DNA of 38,110 bases from Deltaproteobacteria bacterium (GTDB lineage: Bacteria > Myxococcota > JACRCW01): positions 1 through 38,110 of the forward strand of contig JACRCW010000058.1 of the NCBI GenBank assembly GCA_016218805.1, given 5' to 3'. The notes beneath the pieces are model-generated. The model had not been told where the DNA came from. It did no database searches and worked only from the letters and a program-made list of their open reading frames with translations. The translations under genes and the position numbers were made by a program. Below, one piece after another: positions 35,433 to 38,110 of the stretch. Every line of letters starts with the position of its first letter. Position 1 is the stretch's first letter.

Positions 35433-37472
35433 TCAGGACTGCGCGCGCGCCCCAGCTTCCGGCACCGGCTTCGCGGCGTGGGCGCTGACCGGCTGCACCT
35501 CCAGCGGCACGCGCATCAGGAAGGTGGTGCCGCGGCCGGGCTCGCTGTCCACGGTGATGTCTCCGCCCATCAGCCGTGCGAACTTGCGGCTCAGGGCCAA
35601 CCCCAATCCCGTCCCGCCGTAGCGGCGCGTGGTGGACGCCTCCGCCTGGCTGAACGCCTGGAACAGGCGCCCCACCTGGTCCGGCGTCATGCCAATGCCC
35701 GTGTCCTGCACCCAGAACGCCATGCCCGGCACACCGTCGTCGGTGATGGGCTGCATGCGCAGCGTGATGGTGCCCTGCTGCGTGAACTTGCACGCGTTGC
35801 TCAGCAGGTTGAACAGCGCCTGCCGCGTCTTGGTGAGGTCCGCCTTCATGGTCACCGGCTCGGGGGGCAGCTGCGTGACCAGCGTGTTGCCGTTCTTGTC
35901 CACCAGCGGGCGGATGATGTCCACGATTTCGTCCGCCATCTTGTTGACGCTGAACGCCTCCACGTAGACGTCCATCTTTCCCGCCTCCACCTTGGAGAGG
36001 TCCAGGATGCCGTTGATGAGCTCCAGCAGGTGCTTGCCCGCGGTGCGGATGCGGCCCAGGTCCTTGAGCATCTGGTCCTCGCCCATGTCCTCGGCTTCCT
36101 CCATCAGCGTCTCGCTGTAACCCAGGATGGCGTTCATGGGCGTGCGCAGCTCATGGCTCATGTTGGCCAGGAACATGCTCTTGGCCTGGTTGGCCTGCTC
36201 GGCCGCCTCGCGCGCGCGCAGCGCGTCCTCGGTGGCGCGCGCCAGCTGGCCGGTGCGCTTCTCCACCTCATCCTCCAGGTTGCGGTTGACCTCCCCCAAC
36301 TTCTGGTTGGACAGCGTCAACTCCCGGCTGGCCGCCGTGAGGCTGGCGGTCATCTCCAAGTTGCTGAGCACCAGCGCGCTCTGGTTGGCCATCAGCGTCA
36401 GCAACTCCAGGTCCCGCCGGCGGAACCGCCCCTGCAGCCGCCGGCTCTCCACCTGCACCAGCCCGCGAATCTCCTTGTGGTCCCACAGCGGTGCCACCAG
36501 TCCGCTCTTGAGTTGCGCGGCCAGCATGCTGTCGGAGTTGCGCAGCGCCTGGTCGGCGTCGGTGAAGATGATGGACTCGCGGCGTTCCGTGACGTGGTGG
36601 ATGAGTGTCTTGCTCACGGACACGCTCTGCGCCCAGGGGTCATCCGGGTCACGCGCGCGGTGGTGTGCGGGAACAAAGCTGCCGTCAGGTTTCCGCACAA
36701 AGATGGACACGTGCGTGGCCTGCGGGAAGGTCACCAGCGTCCACTGTGACAGCGCCTGGAACAGTGCGTCCTTGTCCGCCAGGCGGTTGAGCTGCTTGAG
36801 GAGCCGGTAGAGGCAGCGCATGCCCTCCACGTCGTCCTCCACGCGGACGAACAGATCGTCCACGTCCTCCACGCGGCTGGTTTCGTTGATGAGCTCGCCG
36901 CTTTCAGCGGGGCCCGGGTCCGCCTCCAGCATGCTCTCCACCGCCATGCTGCGGAACGGCCGCCCTCCCGCCGTCATGGGCTTGCCAAACGCGGCCGGCG
37001 GCAGCGGCGGCGTGCCCGCGGGGATGGGGATGACCGCGCGCTGCCGCGTCAACGTGGTGTGCCCCGGCGCGCGTGCGCTCACCACACCCTGCTGCACCAC
37101 CGCTCCGCCCCCGGCGGCCGGGGACACCCACTGTGCCGGCGGCGCCGCCTTGGGCGTCTCTCTCGCGCCCACCCATTCCGTCGTCAGTGTCCAGGCGCCC
37201 AGCTGGATGTGTTCGCCGCCGGCCAGGTAGGTTTCCTTCACGCGCTGGTTGTTCACCAGCGTCCCCAGGAGCGTCCCGTAGTCCTGCAGGTGCACTCGCC
37301 CATCCGGCTTGTGGCTCAGGCGCAGGTGCATGCTGCTGATGGCCGGGTCATCAAGGAGCAGGTCGCAGTCCATGCTGCGGCCCACAATCATCGCCTGCCC
37401 GCGTCGCAGATCCACGACGCGGGACTCGGCGTTCTGCCGGACCAGGCGGAGTCGGAAAGTTCGGTCGTCCAC
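35433..37472 (-). CDS. Cytoplasmic sensor histidine kinase: FHA + GAF + HisKA + HATPase
   Basis: FHA motifs VGRS.DCD...ISSMH. H-box [15 protein letters not shown]-box [11 protein letters not shown]1 DTGIG, G2 GGTGLGL. GTG start at 37472 is inferred. Confidence 0.92.
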   Translation of the reverse strand: MDDRTFRLRLVRQNAESRVVDLRRGQAMIVGRSMDCDLLLDDPAISSMHLRLSHKPDGRVHLQDYGTLLGTLVNNQRVKETYLAGGEHIQLGAWTLTTEWVGARETPKAAPPAQWVSPAAGGGAVVQQGVVSARAPGHTTLTRQRAVIPIPAGTPPLPPAAFGKPMTAGGRPFRSMAVESMLEADPGPAESGELINETSRVEDVDDLFVRVEDDVEGMRCLYRLLKQLNRLADKDALFQALSQWTLVTFPQATHVSIFVRKPDGSFVPAHHRARDPDDPWAQSVSVSKTLIHHVTERRESIIFTDADQALRNSDSMLAAQLKSGLVAPLWDHKEIRGLVQVESRRLQGRFRRRDLELLTLMANQSALVLSNLEMTASLTAASRELTLSNQKLGEVNRNLEDEVEKRTGQLARATEDALRAREAAEQANQAKSMFLANMSHELRTPMNAILGYSETLMEEAEDMGEDQMLKDLGRIRTAGKHLLELINGILDLSKVEAGKMDVYVEAFSVNKMADEIVDIIRPLVDKNGNTLVTQLPPEPVTMKADLTKTRQALFNLLSNACKFTQQGTITLRMQPITDDGVPGMAFWVQDTGIGMTPDQVGRLFQAFSQAEASTTRRYGGTGLGLALSRKFARLMGGDITVDSEPGRGTTFLMRVPLEVQPVSAHAAKPVPEAGARAQS

Positions 37473-37561
37473 GCGTGTCCCCGAGGTGCGCCACGCTCCC
37501 ATGCCGGGGATGGCCACGCAATGGAAACTCGCCCGGGGCTGTGCCGGCACGCCCCAGGCGG

Positions 37562-38074
37562 TCAGTAGCGATCGACCCCGTGGCGCGGGTTCGTTTCCCA
37601 CTCCCCGGCCTTGTGAAGGTGAAAGATCGCCCAGGCGGTGAAGGGTGCGTCCAGCAGGACCGCCGGATCCTTGCGCAAGGCGCCGGCCAGGGGCTGCTCC
37701 TGCACGTCCTTGTCGAGGTAACGCTGCAACTTCTCAATCGGGGCGCCGTTCTGGTCTTCTGTCCGTGCCATCGCAGGGTGAAAACACGCATTCCTCAGCA
37801 GCAACAGCGGCTCATGAAGGGCGTCCCGCGGCTTGTCGCCGTGCATGCCATAGGTATCACCGGTGGTGGATTCATGGATAAGTTCAGCGAGCAACGCGCA
37901 GTGAGACGTCGCCACAAACCAGCGTTTCCACCGGACCGCACGTGCCAGCTGGTCCACCAGGCGCTCCACGGTGGGTGTGATCGCCCATGGTTGTGGTCCC
38001 TGCCGGTGGGGCAGCCACAGGATCCCAAAGTGCCGTTGTGGTGTGGCACAGCCGCCCCGGCTGTGCCGGTGCAT
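37562..38074 (-). CDS. Hypothetical protein with Rx4H (HEPN-like) motif; start uncertain, frame open to window edge
   Basis: Lower-GC helical ORF containing LRNACFHP (37778-37795). No in-frame stop up to 38110. Possible alternative GTG start at 37969. Confidence 0.45.
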   Translation of the reverse strand: MHRHSRGGCATPQRHFGILWLPHRQGPQPWAITPTVERLVDQLARAVRWKRWFVATSHCALLAELIHESTTGDTYGMHGDKPRDALHEPLLLLRNACFHPAMARTEDQNGAPIEKLQRYLDKDVQEQPLAGALRKDPAVLLDAPFTAWAIFHLHKAGEWETNPRHGVDRY

Positions 38075-38110
38075 GGCGACGTCACGGGTGTCCCGCTGGC
38101 GTCCCGGCCG

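Overview
This is a high-GC (roughly 70-73% by eye), gene-dense chromosomal window, most likely from a myxobacterium or related deltaproteobacterium. That assignment is inferred from a tandem-PilZ protein, a DWG-type Ser/Thr kinase, a Cys-rich repeat lipoprotein and abundant signalling genes. About 28 CDS are supported. Clearly recognisable ones are larB, larC, a YgiQ-family radical SAM protein, mazG, an NAD(P)H:quinone oxidoreductase, a GT-C glycosyltransferase, a LolA-like protein, an OmpA-domain protein and several kinases. I saw no rRNA, tRNA, CRISPR array or transposase. The most notable items are: (1) a five-gene signalling operon at 26.2-32.4 kb behind a correctly spaced sigma54 -24/-12 element, encoding a secreted beta-rich protein, an orphan His-box protein, a sigma54 activator and a single-domain receiver that share an unusual insertion, and a TPR-sensor kinase with a degenerate ATP-binding domain; (2) two non-coding tandem arrays built on a ~21-bp period with A/B alternation, one directly behind an uncharacterised helical-protein gene in an islet that also holds a 29-bp inverted-repeat pair; (3) a gene pair resembling FtsH-ternary conflict-system components without an ATPase in the window; (4) a FrpC self-processing-module-like domain with Thr-Pro in place of Asp-Pro; (5) strong TCGA avoidance that breaks down in the islet; (6) a possible HEPN protein at the right edge. 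Family assignments come from motif recognition only; no searches were run.
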